Origin: Planctomycetota bacterium | Lineage (GTDB): Bacteria; Planctomycetota; Phycisphaerae; UBA1845 | Length of the DNA stretch: 32,000 nucleotides | Assembly: GCA_030616775.1 (NCBI GenBank) | Contig: JAUWWQ010000006.1 | Location: 76,965 to 108,964, forward strand | Direction of reading: 5' to 3' | Part shown: positions 1 to 8,600 of the stretch, in pieces | How positions within the stretch are numbered: the stretch's first letter is position 1 | Layout of the letters: each line of letters starts with the position of its first letter | Notes under the pieces: model-generated | What the model was told of the DNA's origin: nothing | The model's input: only the letters and a program-made list of their open reading frames with translations | Database searches by the model: none | Program-made: the position numbers and the translations under genes

Positions 1-189
1 GAGAAAGCCCTGAGAGTGTTTGAACTCACGCAACATCTTGCCAGAACATATGTTACGAAAAAGCCGCCCGTAAAGCGGAGTATCCTTGACGCGTTATGTT
101 CGAACATCCGCCTGAACGGCGTAAGTCTTGTTCCCACATACACTTACCCCTTCGACCTACTGGCCGAAGGCCGTCGAAATGGGTTCAAT
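1..189 (+). CDS. C-terminal fragment of a serine-recombinase-family protein. The 5' end lies outside the window and the 3' end is undefined, because the frame runs antisense into tRNA-Pro with no stop until 624.
   Basis: Frame 1 from base 1 reads EKALRVFELTQHLARTYVTKKPPVKRSILDALCSNIRLNGVSLVPTYTYPFDLLAEG. The pattern (K/R)R.LL..L.SN...(L/W).....L......PFDLLAE is what I recall at the extreme C-terminus of large resolvase-type 'recombinase family' proteins. Translation beyond about 190 is antisense tRNA followed by low-quality R/G-rich sequence. Confidence 0.4.
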
Positions 190-263
190 TCGGGGCGACT
201 GGATTCGAACCAGCGACCTCCTGCTCCCAAAGCAGGCGCGCTACCGGACTGCGCCACGCCCCG
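190..263 (-). tRNA. tRNA-Pro (anticodon UGG), 74 nt, CCA not encoded
   Basis: The reverse complement folds as a canonical cloverleaf. Acceptor stem CGGGGCG/CGCCCCG with discriminator A. D stem GCGC/GCGC. Anticodon stem CCTGC/GCAGG with loop TTTGGGA, giving anticodon TGG. Variable region AGGTC. T stem GCTGG/CCAGT with T loop TTCGAAT. Confidence 0.95.
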
Positions 264-274
264 TGTGCCACACC

Positions 275-302
275 AGCATACCACAGCATCGTCCCAGGGC
301 AA
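275..302 (-). promoter_or_regulatory. Candidate sigma-70-type promoter for tRNA-Pro
   Basis: On the minus strand: TTGCCC (302-297), a 16-nt spacer, TATGCT (280-275), then about 11 nt to the mature tRNA 5' end at 263. Confidence 0.35.
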
Positions 303-737
303 GCAGACTGGCCGGGTTGACGAAACAATCGAAGGCGCACCCACGGCGGGCAAGCCGCGTCGAACGATGGCTGATTGGGTGGTGAAGAGTACGCGGGTCA
401 AGTTGGTATTGCGTCACGAATCAAGGGATGGTGGAGCTCCCTCAATGGGATGTGGACGGCTTCCCAGGTATTCGAGGGGGGCCGCGAGGGCTACGTGCGG
501 GCTAGAGCAATTCTCGAAATCGTATGCCGAGCCGCGGGCTTCGGCCCGCGCGGAATCGCATAGTGAAAGGACGCTCGCCGTCCCTGACGTGCGGTATACG
601 AAAACGGGATCTGCTTTAGAATGACTCGTGACGCAGCACCAGAATTGCCCGCTACACCCACCAAGCCACCCCGGGGGCACGCAGGAGAGCGAACGATAAG
701 TCCAGCGTACTGCTGGGCTTGCACAGTCGCGCGTCCG

Positions 738-2531
738 TCACACAACCTCGACCACGACGATGGTGATGTCGTCGGATTGTTCGGCCAGCCCGACGAACCG
801 ACGCACGTCCCACAGGATCTGCTGGGCGAACTGCTGAGCGTCCAGTGATCGGTACTTTCGGATCGAGGCCAGAAGCCGCTCGCGGCCGTAGGTCGTTCCC
901 TCGAAGTCCATGGCTTCGGTGACCCCGTCGGTGACCATCATGAGGATATCGCCGGCTTGGAGCGGTAGAGCTGCACGCTCGAAGGCATACCCGGACCGGA
1001 CCCCGACTACAAGGCCACCAGTTGTAAGTTCCATAAACTGGTCATCACGTAACAGCAGCGGTGGGCTGTGACCGGCATTGCAGTAGGTAAACGTCCGTCC
1101 GTCAGGCGCGAACACGCCATAGATCAGCGTAGCGAACTCACCAGTCAGTGTGTCACGGTACATGTACTCATTTACCCTGGTAACGACGGTCTCAACGTCA
1201 TCAGTGTTGGGTGCGTGCGCCCGAAGCTGAGAGCGGACCGAGGCCATCATAAGCGCCGCCGGCAGCCCCTTCCCGACGACATCAGCAACACAGACCCCCA
1301 GTCGACCGCCGGACAGCTCGATGAAATCATAGAAATCTCCGCCGAGCTGGAGACTCGGGTCGTACACGCAACCGAATTGCAATCCGGGATGGCAGGGCGG
1401 TTGTGCCGGCAGCATACGGTTCTGTATCTCAGCGGCGGCGTCGACCTGCCGTTGGAATCGCTCCACACGGGCCTGCTCGTCCCACAGCCCGCTGGTGATG
1501 ATTGCGGCGGCGGCCTGTGAACCTATCGAACGTAAGAGCGATTCTTCCGGGCCGCTGAATGTATGTCGCCTTGCCGTGTACACGCGGATCACGCCGATGG
1601 TCTGCCCTCGATAGGCCAAAGGTAGGCATAGGCCACTGACAAGACCTTCACGGCGGGCGTTTTCGGGATAGCGGGTGCGCGGATCGCTTGCTACGTCAGG
1701 GATGTAGACGGTCTGTCCGGCGAAAGCGGTCGCATCGATCGCGTTATCACGCAGCGTGACCGGTCCTTTGCGAAGGTACTCATCGGAGAGATTGTGCACG
1801 GCCTTAATCAGAAGCTCGCCAGTGTCCACATTCAGGAGTCGGATTGCGCAGGCTTTGACGGGCATAACCTCGACAACGCGCGTTACGGTCAGATCGAGGA
1901 TCTCCTGCAAGTCCCGCGTACCCGACAGCAAGTCGGTAAACGCGTGCACGGTACGCAAATCGGCCAATTGGCGCTCATTGCGATCCGCCTGACCGTAAAG
2001 GGCTGCGATTGTCTCCGCCAGAACATCGACGAACCGGTGGATCGCCTCCGGGGTCCCCCCGCTGTAGGGATCGATCGAGGCGGCACTGTTCCGGAGCACG
2101 TTGGGGTCCAGTCCGTATTCGGCGGCGAGGGCCTCGACCGTCTCGCGGCCCGGCGGTCCAGGTGCGCGTGTGCCGACGACGATGACGGCCAGGTGCTCAC
2201 CCAAATGAACGATCGGAGTGGCATACAGGGTCATGCCTTCGTGGCACATTGAGGGCACCCGAGCGCTGGGATCTTGTGCGCAGGTGCGGATGCTCTCGGC
2301 GAAGGTGACTCGCCCGCGGGGCGATGTTCCAATCAGCTTGGAAAACCGGCTCCCCCAACTCGGTTGTGTGATACACTCCCCATCCACCGAAGCGATGCAT
2401 ACGGTAACCTTGCCGAGGGCGGCAAAGCGATCCTGAAGCCTCTGGAGAGTTTCGCGGCTGACCAACCGGGTAAGCCCGGTCTCGATCGGATCACCGGCAG
2501 CTCGATCACTATCAGTACCGGGGCATGTCAC
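738..2531 (-). CDS. Sensor-coupled PP2C/SpoIIE-family serine phosphatase (PocR-like N-terminal domain, GAF-like middle, PP2C C-terminus; RsbU-like)
   Basis: 597-aa ORF with SpoIIE/PP2C signatures GGDFYDF, VADVVGKGLPAAL and VTDGVTEA. The N-terminus (LQRLQDRFAALGKVTVCIASVDGECITQP...) resembles a PocR sensory domain. The start lies 7 bp after the stop of the M42 gene. Confidence 0.85.
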   Translation of the reverse strand: MTCPGTDSDRAAGDPIETGLTRLVSRETLQRLQDRFAALGKVTVCIASVDGECITQPSWGSRFSKLIGTSPRGRVTFAESIRTCAQDPSARVPSMCHEGMTLYATPIVHLGEHLAVIVVGTRAPGPPGRETVEALAAEYGLDPNVLRNSAASIDPYSGGTPEAIHRFVDVLAETIAALYGQADRNERQLADLRTVHAFTDLLSGTRDLQEILDLTVTRVVEVMPVKACAIRLLNVDTGELLIKAVHNLSDEYLRKGPVTLRDNAIDATAFAGQTVYIPDVASDPRTRYPENARREGLVSGLCLPLAYRGQTIGVIRVYTARRHTFSGPEESLLRSIGSQAAAAIITSGLWDEQARVERFQRQVDAAAEIQNRMLPAQPPCHPGLQFGCVYDPSLQLGGDFYDFIELSGGRLGVCVADVVGKGLPAALMMASVRSQLRAHAPNTDDVETVVTRVNEYMYRDTLTGEFATLIYGVFAPDGRTFTYCNAGHSPPLLLRDDQFMELTTGGLVVGVRSGYAFERAALPLQAGDILMMVTDGVTEAMDFEGTTYGRERLLASIRKYRSLDAQQFAQQILWDVRRFVGLAEQSDDITIVVVEVV

Positions 2532-2538
2532 GGACTGG

Positions 2539-3600
2539 TCACTCCGGTATGAAGCTCGTGCGGGGGCCGATCGTGGTCACGGTCTCGGCAATCAGCTTCA
2601 CTGCCGCTTCCAGATCGGAGAGGCTGACAATCTCGACCTGGGTGTGCATGTACCGATTAGGAATACTGATTAGCCCGGTGGCCACCCCGGCGCGGGTCAA
2701 CTGGATGGCGTTGGCATCGGTTGGTGTTCCACTCGGTGCCGCCTCGATCTGATGGGGGATGCGCTTGGCCTTGGCAGCCTTTACCATCCTGGCCTCGAGC
2801 CGCGGATTGATGTTGGGCCCTGTGGCAATAGTCGGACCGGCACCGATCTTGATTTCACCGTTGACCCGCTTGTCGATGTCGGGGTAGTCGGTGGCATGGG
2901 TGACGTCGACCGCGATCCCAACCTGAGGATCGATACCGTAGCAGGATGTCTTGGCCCCGCGAAGACCTACCTCCTCTTGGACCGTGCTGACCGCGAACAA
3001 CGCGCACTTGAGCTTCTTAATGGAGCAGCGACGCAGGGTTTCCATGACCACAAACGTTCCGCACTTGTTGTCGAACGCCGGCGAGGTCACGAGGTCACCA
3101 CCAAGGTGCACCATCTCCAGGCGGAAGGTGATCGGATCACCGACGGTTACCACTTGCTTTGTCTCTTTCTTGTTCTTGGCGCCGATGTCGACCCACATCT
3201 CGCGCAGCTCGGTCTTGGCGCCGCGTTCCTCCGGCTTGAGAACATGAACCGGCTTGCGACCGATGACTCCGTCGATGGGGCCGTGCTTCGAATGAACCAC
3301 AACCCGTGACCCGGGCAATACGGACGGGTCGATCCCCCCGATCTGGGCGAAGAAGATGTACCCGTTGTCGTCGATGTATTTCGCCATCATGCCGATTTGG
3401 TCGCAGTGCCCGGCGAGCATTACCCGAGGAGAGCCCTTGGGGTTCAGCGCCACGATGACGCTGCCGTGCACGTCCGTCTCGATGGAGTCGGCGTATGGCT
3501 CCATGCGTTCGCGGATCACCCGCTGCACCGGCTGCTCATACCCCGATGGTGACGGTGTCTCCTGAATGGCTTTGAGAAACTCATAGGATTCTTTACGCAA
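2539..3600 (-). CDS. M42 family metallo-aminopeptidase (FrvX/YsdC/CelM-like)
   Basis: 353-aa ORF. The N-terminus YEFLKAIQETPSPSGYE and the motifs GHCDQIGMM, FDNKCG and TVQEEVGLRGA are typical of the M42 family. Confidence 0.9.
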   Translation of the reverse strand: MRKESYEFLKAIQETPSPSGYEQPVQRVIRERMEPYADSIETDVHGSVIVALNPKGSPRVMLAGHCDQIGMMAKYIDDNGYIFFAQIGGIDPSVLPGSRVVVHSKHGPIDGVIGRKPVHVLKPEERGAKTELREMWVDIGAKNKKETKQVVTVGDPITFRLEMVHLGGDLVTSPAFDNKCGTFVVMETLRRCSIKKLKCALFAVSTVQEEVGLRGAKTSCYGIDPQVGIAVDVTHATDYPDIDKRVNGEIKIGAGPTIATGPNINPRLEARMVKAAKAKRIPHQIEAAPSGTPTDANAIQLTRAGVATGLISIPNRYMHTQVEIVSLSDLEAAVKLIAETVTTIGPRTSFIPE

Positions 3601-3766
3601 GGGAATAGCTCCCGTAAATCAGATTGCAAACACGCGGTCGGAGTGCGCCGCGCAAGCTCCGTGCCCCGTGGGATGAAAGACCACGGCGCAGTGTATGCCG
3701 GCGAGGACCTGACCTCAAGAAGACCGGATACCGCGACAAGCGGCTGAGGGCACACAAGGCGCTGGA

Positions 3767-5344
3767 TCACTCGTGTTCCAGGGCAAACTCCTCGGGATGG
3801 GCGCGCTCGTAGGCCTCCTCCACGACGCGCCTTGCTTGCCGGTCGGCTCGTCTCTTGAGAGCCCGGCGGACAAGCAGGTTCACCATAAGACAACCGATCA
3901 TCCCCCAAATGGCCAGGTGATATATGGCCGTAGCCACTAAAGCGGCGGCGGCCATAGCGATGAGCGCGGAGAGCACCCAGCTTGTGACGACCCATATGGC
4001 TCGGCCCATCTTCAGTTCTGCATCACCGCGTTGGAAGATCCGGTCGGCCATTCCCGTAGCGACGACGGCGGCGAAGGCGACGTAGGTCGTCGATACCGGC
4101 AATCCCAGGCTGCTCGCTGTGGCGATGACGCTGGCTGAGACCGACATGATCACGCAAGCGCGTAGGGAATCGTAGTGCATGGTCTTCCCCGCCGCCGTTA
4201 CAGCGGCCCGGGGAGCCAAAGCCGGGGCAGGCCCTCGAAACTCGAGAAGACGGCTCGCAATCTTTACACACCAGCGCGGGGCCCACAGCTCAACGTGATC
4301 GCTCACGCTGCCGGTGGAGACAGCCGCTTTGGTGACACGCCCGGCGTTTTTGGTGCTCATACCCACGAAAAGCAGCAACCCGCAGGCCAGTAACATCCAC
4401 CAGGCAATGTCGACTTCGGTTCCGATCTCGACGCTCTGCTCGCGAAGGAGATTGAACGCGGCTAGACCGGGCGAGGCGCAATTGGCCAGGTCGTTTTGAC
4501 CGAAGGCAAACGCCATAGCAATCATGCCTAGCACGGAGAGCACGGGAAAAAGCAGCCTGGCGGCGCGCCGGCGATAGACTACCAGAAGCACGTGAATCAG
4601 GATGGCAAATACGCCCCACATGAACAGGAGCAATAAAGCGCCGCCAACACCCATCTCGACCGTGTCATTGAGCAGACTGAGCCACGCGCTGATCTGCTGG
4701 ACCCATGAGACGTTCTTCATGCCCTTAAGCAGGAGAAAGTAACATAGTCCCGCCGTCAGCCCGCCACCGACCCAACCTCCGTGCAGCAATAGTGTGGCCA
4801 AGTGAGTGGACCGATCGCGAATGGCCCCGCGGACGGCACGTTGAATCAAGAACGCTGCGAATCCTGTCAGGATGATCGAACAGACAATACCGGCCATTAC
4901 GGTCCCGGCTTTGCCCCAGTTGACCGTCGACGCCTGGATCGCCAGGGCGGCCCCGAGCAGCTCAAACACCAGGCAAGCGGTCGTGCTGATGGGCATCCCG
5001 AACGCGGAGTAGCTGTATAGCAGCACGGTGTCGACAATATAGACGGAACAGTAGATGGCCAGCGCCGCCCTCAACGCATCATCGAGGACCCCAAGCCCCA
5101 TGGGATCGAAGATCCCCTTCCGGGCAGTGTCGATCACGTCGGAACTGAGCACGGCCCCGACTACAACTGCCAGCCCGGCCACAACAACCGCCGTTTGCCG
5201 CCGAAGAACGCGGGCACCGAATACCGCGTTGACCAGGTTGGTGGCGTCGTTCCGGCCCACCTCGACGGTATCCCAAATCAGCATGCCCACGGCCAGAACC
5301 AGGCAGGCGAGTTGAAATACGCTAAGGGTGGAAAACTCGATCAT
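3767..5344 (-). CDS. Inorganic phosphate transporter, PiT (PHO4) family
   Basis: 525-aa polytopic membrane ORF carrying the duplicated PiT signature (GRNDATNLVNAVFG near the N-terminus, FGQNDLANC in the second half). It sits directly downstream of a DUF47 gene. Confidence 0.9.
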   Translation of the reverse strand: MIEFSTLSVFQLACLVLAVGMLIWDTVEVGRNDATNLVNAVFGARVLRRQTAVVVAGLAVVVGAVLSSDVIDTARKGIFDPMGLGVLDDALRAALAIYCSVYIVDTVLLYSYSAFGMPISTTACLVFELLGAALAIQASTVNWGKAGTVMAGIVCSIILTGFAAFLIQRAVRGAIRDRSTHLATLLLHGGWVGGGLTAGLCYFLLLKGMKNVSWVQQISAWLSLLNDTVEMGVGGALLLLFMWGVFAILIHVLLVVYRRRAARLLFPVLSVLGMIAMAFAFGQNDLANCASPGLAAFNLLREQSVEIGTEVDIAWWMLLACGLLLFVGMSTKNAGRVTKAAVSTGSVSDHVELWAPRWCVKIASRLLEFRGPAPALAPRAAVTAAGKTMHYDSLRACVIMSVSASVIATASSLGLPVSTTYVAFAAVVATGMADRIFQRGDAELKMGRAIWVVTSWVLSALIAMAAAALVATAIYHLAIWGMIGCLMVNLLVRRALKRRADRQARRVVEEAYERAHPEEFALEHE

Positions 5345-5510
5345 TACCGTGACATAAGGTACGCGCCGCCGAGAGCGCCTGACGTTTTAGGGCAATAGGA
5401 CGTCGAGCAGGTCGGCTTCCAGGCTGGCATGCACCATTGCGAATACACTGGGCTGACCACTGGAGAATCCGGTGTCGATGCAAGTAGGTGAGTCTGAAAG
5501 ACCACGGCCG

Positions 5511-6182
5511 CTATGTGGACAACATCCGTCGGAGCCGATCGCCCGTTTTCTCGGCGAAGTTGGCAAGCTGGCCCAGTTCGCCGAAGATACGGAACCAAAG
5601 CAAAATATCCGTCCCCTTCATTTCATCTTCGAGGGCAAACAGCTTCTGGGACAAGGTGTATTGCAGTCGGTCTGCCTCCCATTCAGCCCTTTCGACCTCG
5701 GCGATCATCGACAGAGCACGCTCTGCTTCCTCGCCGACCATATCGCCAGCAACCAGAGTCGGCAGATAATCCGCGATGTCACGAGTCTGCCTACAGACGT
5801 CTTCCACCTTGGCCAGGTACTCAAACGTCGACTCCACAAGTGATTCAGGCAGGTCCAGGTTCTTGATCGTAAGCAGAACAGCAAGGTCTTCGGCCGAGTC
5901 AGCCATGTCGTCCTGGAGTTTCACAGAGCCGAGCAGGTCACCACGGTACACCGGTAGAAAAAACCGCTTCGGGATGGTCTGGCGGATGTCATCTTTGATG
6001 ATGTCCGCCTGGTGCTCAGCCTTGAAGATCTTCTTGGCCAGCGTCTGCAAATCATCATAGCGGCGATCGCGGACGGCCTCGAACATCGGCCTGACCAGCG
6101 ACACGCACTCCATCACCGTCTTCATGTGATAGCGCAGCGGCTCGAACGGCGATTCGCGAAACAGGTCCTTGATCAACGACAC
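5511..6182 (-). CDS. DUF47/TIGR00153-family PhoU-like phosphate-transport accessory protein (YkaA-type)
   Basis: 223-aa helical ORF (MSLIKDLFRESPFEPL...) in the classic DUF47-then-PiT gene pair. GTG start preceded by GGGAGG. Confidence 0.8.
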   Translation of the reverse strand: MSLIKDLFRESPFEPLRYHMKTVMECVSLVRPMFEAVRDRRYDDLQTLAKKIFKAEHQADIIKDDIRQTIPKRFFLPVYRGDLLGSVKLQDDMADSAEDLAVLLTIKNLDLPESLVESTFEYLAKVEDVCRQTRDIADYLPTLVAGDMVGEEAERALSMIAEVERAEWEADRLQYTLSQKLFALEDEMKGTDILLWFRIFGELGQLANFAEKTGDRLRRMLST

Positions 6183-6515
6183 AATCTACCTCCCTAAACA
6201 GCCCCCGCTGCATGACGCCCAGCAACGGGGCGCACTATGACGGCAGATGCAGATCGGGGCAAGCCTGCCCATTGCAATCCCCCGGCCAGTTCTAAGGTCT
6301 GTGTGGCATCGACATGTCCAGACCCCCGTACATAAGCTGCATTTGCTGTAGATCGGCGTGCTCGGCAAGCCTGAGTGGGTTGCCCGCACCGCTGCTTGAT
6401 CCCGGGCAAAGCGACTGTGACTGGGACCCGACCAGGAAGAATCTCACAGGGGGCGCTCCAGCCTGCGGGAACCCGCGCGGCCCCGGATCATTAGCTCCTG
6501 ACACTCCAACAACGT

Positions 6516-6872
6516 TCAGCGCGACCAGGTGCAACGAACCTTCCCGTCCGGCTGAATCCGCACCAGCGCAGAGAAGTCCTTCCCCGACAAGAATGCCTCG
6601 GCGTGCTCAGCTCCGGGCCGAAAACCTTTCTTTCGCTCCACGAACTCACCGTCCTCGTAGAGTTCGACCGAATACCGGAGCCTCCCCACGTCGACCCACA
6701 CCTCAGCGACCTTGGATGCTTTAGTCTTGCGAAACCGTTTCTGCATCAAGAGCCGTAGATTACCACGGGCGCCGCCGGCGGGCGAGCGATAGGCATTCGC
6801 TCCAATCAAAGGCTCAAACATGGTTGCGAAGATGGATTCCTCGTCGCGGGCGTAGGCCGACGGGTACCTCAT
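6516..6872 (-). CDS. Hypothetical basic 118-aa protein, translationally coupled to glnA
   Basis: Its ATG (6872-6870) overlaps the glnA TGA stop (6871-6869) as ATGA. I recognise no domain. Support comes from the coding-like composition and the coupling. Confidence 0.55.
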   Translation of the reverse strand: MRYPSAYARDEESIFATMFEPLIGANAYRSPAGGARGNLRLLMQKRFRKTKASKVAEVWVDVGRLRYSVELYEDGEFVERKKGFRPGAEHAEAFLSGKDFSALVRIQPDGKVRCTWSR

Positions 6873-8305
6873 ACATCCAGGTACAGGTGATACTCATACG
6901 GGTGAGGCCGCGACGCGATCTCGCCAGACTCGTTGGACCGCTTTGCAGCGATCCAGTGGTCAACGAATGACTTGGCAAACACGCCATCCTTAAGCAGGAA
7001 GTCGTGATCGTTGGCCAACGCCTCGAGCGAATCGTGCAAGGAACGCGGGAGTGGCTTGATTCCCCGCCGAAACGCTTGATCCTGCTTGGCCAGGTCCATG
7101 TCAAAAGGCCCGAAGTTGTTTTCCACAACGTCGATCTTCGATTCGATCCCATCGAGACCGGCCATCAGCATGGCGGCAAGACTCAAGTAGACATTCCCGG
7201 TGAAATCCGGTGGGCGGTACTCAATGCGCTTATCAGTGGGGCTGACCGCGTAACGCGGTACCCGAATCGCAGCGGACCGGTTTGCGAGTGAGAAGAACAG
7301 GTTGACCGGGGCTTCATAACCCTCCACCAGCCGTTTGAAGGAGTTGGTTGATGGGTTGGTCAACCCGGTGAGCGCGCTACCGTGTGCAAGCAATCCGCCG
7401 ATGTAGTGCAAGGCAGTGTCAGAAAGATTGGCGTAATTCCCTTCGCGCTGGTCGTAGAACAGATTCCGGCCGGCCTTTTCGAGTCTCTGATGCACGTGCA
7501 TACCGTTGCCGGCTTCGCCGAAGACCGGCTTGGGCATGAACGTCGCCAGCTTGCCGTGCCGCTTGGCGATGTTTTTTATGACGTACTTGACCAGCATCGC
7601 CCGGTCCGCCACGCAAACCAGGTCTGCAAGGTCGGTCTCGATTTCACATTGCCCCGGAGCGCCGGTCTCATGGTGATGATAGTGTACCGGAATGCCGATT
7701 CCCACCAACGTTACCGCCATGTCTGAGCGGAGCTCGTGCAGTTGATCGCTTGGCGGTACGCGCATGTAGCCTCCTCTCGTTGGGATGCCGGGTGTAATAC
7801 CGCCGCTGTCGACCTCGGAGGACTCGATGGCTACACGCGTGTCGTACGGGTCATTAACCACCCGAACACGGTCAAACACATGGAACTCGAACTCGGGACC
7901 CATCATGGCCACGTCCGCGACCCCTGAACTGCGCATGAACTCGACCGCCCGATTGGCGATCGTCCGCGGGTCGCTGGGAACAGGCTCCTTAGCGTCGGCG
8001 CTGATCGTGTCGCACAGGAAGCTGATCGTTGGGTGCTGCGAGAAGGGATCAACGAACGCCGTGTCGACTTGAGGGCGAGCGGCAACGTCGGAATCTACAA
8101 CCTCCCCGAACCCGGCCCCGGACGAACCGTCATAACCAACGCCCTCTTCAAAGTACTTCTGCGTGAAGCTGCGCGCTGGAAGCGTGATATGCAGCCACTG
8201 TCCCGCTACGCCGACCACCTTTAGATCGACCATTGCGATGTCATGGTCGGATATGTACTTGATTGCTTCTGCAGAGGAAACGAACACGACCACAACTCCA
8301 GACAA
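6869..8305 (-). CDS. glnA: Glutamine synthetase, type I
   Basis: 478-aa ORF with GS-I signatures GPEFEFHVFD, HHHETGAPGQCEI, GNGMHVHQRL and NSFKRLVEGYEAP. The listed start at 8305 is TTG. The GTG at 8287, 8 nt after GGAG, is an alternative. No Tyr in the adenylylation-loop position that I can see (NNFGPFDMD). Confidence 0.92.
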   Translation of the reverse strand: MSGVVVVFVSSAEAIKYISDHDIAMVDLKVVGVAGQWLHITLPARSFTQKYFEEGVGYDGSSGAGFGEVVDSDVAARPQVDTAFVDPFSQHPTISFLCDTISADAKEPVPSDPRTIANRAVEFMRSSGVADVAMMGPEFEFHVFDRVRVVNDPYDTRVAIESSEVDSGGITPGIPTRGGYMRVPPSDQLHELRSDMAVTLVGIGIPVHYHHHETGAPGQCEIETDLADLVCVADRAMLVKYVIKNIAKRHGKLATFMPKPVFGEAGNGMHVHQRLEKAGRNLFYDQREGNYANLSDTALHYIGGLLAHGSALTGLTNPSTNSFKRLVEGYEAPVNLFFSLANRSAAIRVPRYAVSPTDKRIEYRPPDFTGNVYLSLAAMLMAGLDGIESKIDVVENNFGPFDMDLAKQDQAFRRGIKPLPRSLHDSLEALANDHDFLLKDGVFAKSFVDHWIAAKRSNESGEIASRPHPYEYHLYLDV

Positions 8306-8344
8306 CGCGTGTTTCGCTACTTATAACCGATTCGCCAAGCTTAA

Positions 8345-8360
8345 TGCACGTCGCGTGCCA
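8345..8360 (-). promoter_or_regulatory. Sigma-54 (-24/-12) promoter candidate for glnA
   Basis: The minus strand reads TGGCACgcgacgTGCA against the consensus TGGCAC-N5-TTGCA, with correct GG/GC spacing and one mismatch at a weakly conserved T. It lies 40-55 nt upstream of the glnA start candidates. Confidence 0.55.
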
Positions 8361-8481
8361 TTTGCGCCCGCGTCCGTAGCCAGCGCCGACAACCGCCTAT
8401 GTTCCGTCGGTATCCGGGCTCCCAAAGCGGCAGTCCTCGCACGCACAGGGCATCTCGGTCTGGGTCGCATCAGCACCAAAA

Positions 8482-8550
8482 CATCGCTGGACCGAGAATC
8501 TCTTCATCGCTGGACCGAGAATCTCTTCATCGCTGGACCGAGAATCCCTT
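8482..8550. repeat. Tandem direct repeat, 3 x 23 bp (CATCGCTGGACCGAGAATCTCTT)
   Basis: Copies at 8482-8504 and 8505-8527 are identical. Copy 8528-8550 differs by one base and continues into hairpin 8535-8558. Confidence 0.9.
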
Positions 8551-8600
8551 CTCGGTCCTCCAGCAGGTGCCGAGAAAGGATTCTCGGCACAGCGCATCCA
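8535..8600 (-). repeat. Double-hairpin intergenic module, copy A (possible terminator or REP-like element)
   Basis: Hairpin 1 is GGACCGAGAA-tccc-TTCTCGGTCC (8535-8558). Hairpin 2 is GTGCCGAGAA-agga-TTCTCGGCAC (8567-8590). Both have perfect 10-bp stems. The module begins 37 nt after the stop of the GT2 gene at 8628 and shares a 21-nt and a 16-nt identical core with 18107-18181. Confidence 0.8.

Noticed and set aside
414-560. tmRNA-like cues: the minus strand ends ...GGGAGCTCCACCA at 441-429, and an antisense translation contains ...ENCSSPHVALAA
   Set aside because: There is no T-arm or TTCGAAT-type loop before the putative acceptor end. No complementary GGGGCU-type 5' acceptor strand lies within 400 nt. 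No stop codon follows ALAA (the next codon is CCC). The size would also collide with the PP2C gene.
190-624. Continuation of the 202-aa ORF (16..624) beyond the recombinase-like tail
   Set aside because: From about 190 the frame is simply the antisense translation of tRNA-Pro (GRLDSNQRPPAPKAGALPDCATP), followed by R/G/S-rich low-quality sequence. Only the first 60 or so codons look like real protein.
3516-3995. 159-aa ORF bridging the PiT gene 3' end and the M42 gene 5' end
   Set aside because: It overlaps two well-supported genes out of frame, is Arg-rich and has no motifs.
8472-8488. NtrC-type binding site (GCACCAAAA matches the left half of TGCACCAAAATGGTGCA)
   Set aside because: The right half-site is absent (CATCGCT instead of TGGTGCA). 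The consensus is enterobacterial and may not apply here.
8482-8590. Possible CRISPR array, suggested by short direct repeats with dyad symmetry
   Set aside because: The 23-bp units are contiguous with no spacers. There are only three copies and no cas genes. The pattern fits tandem duplication of a hairpin arm.
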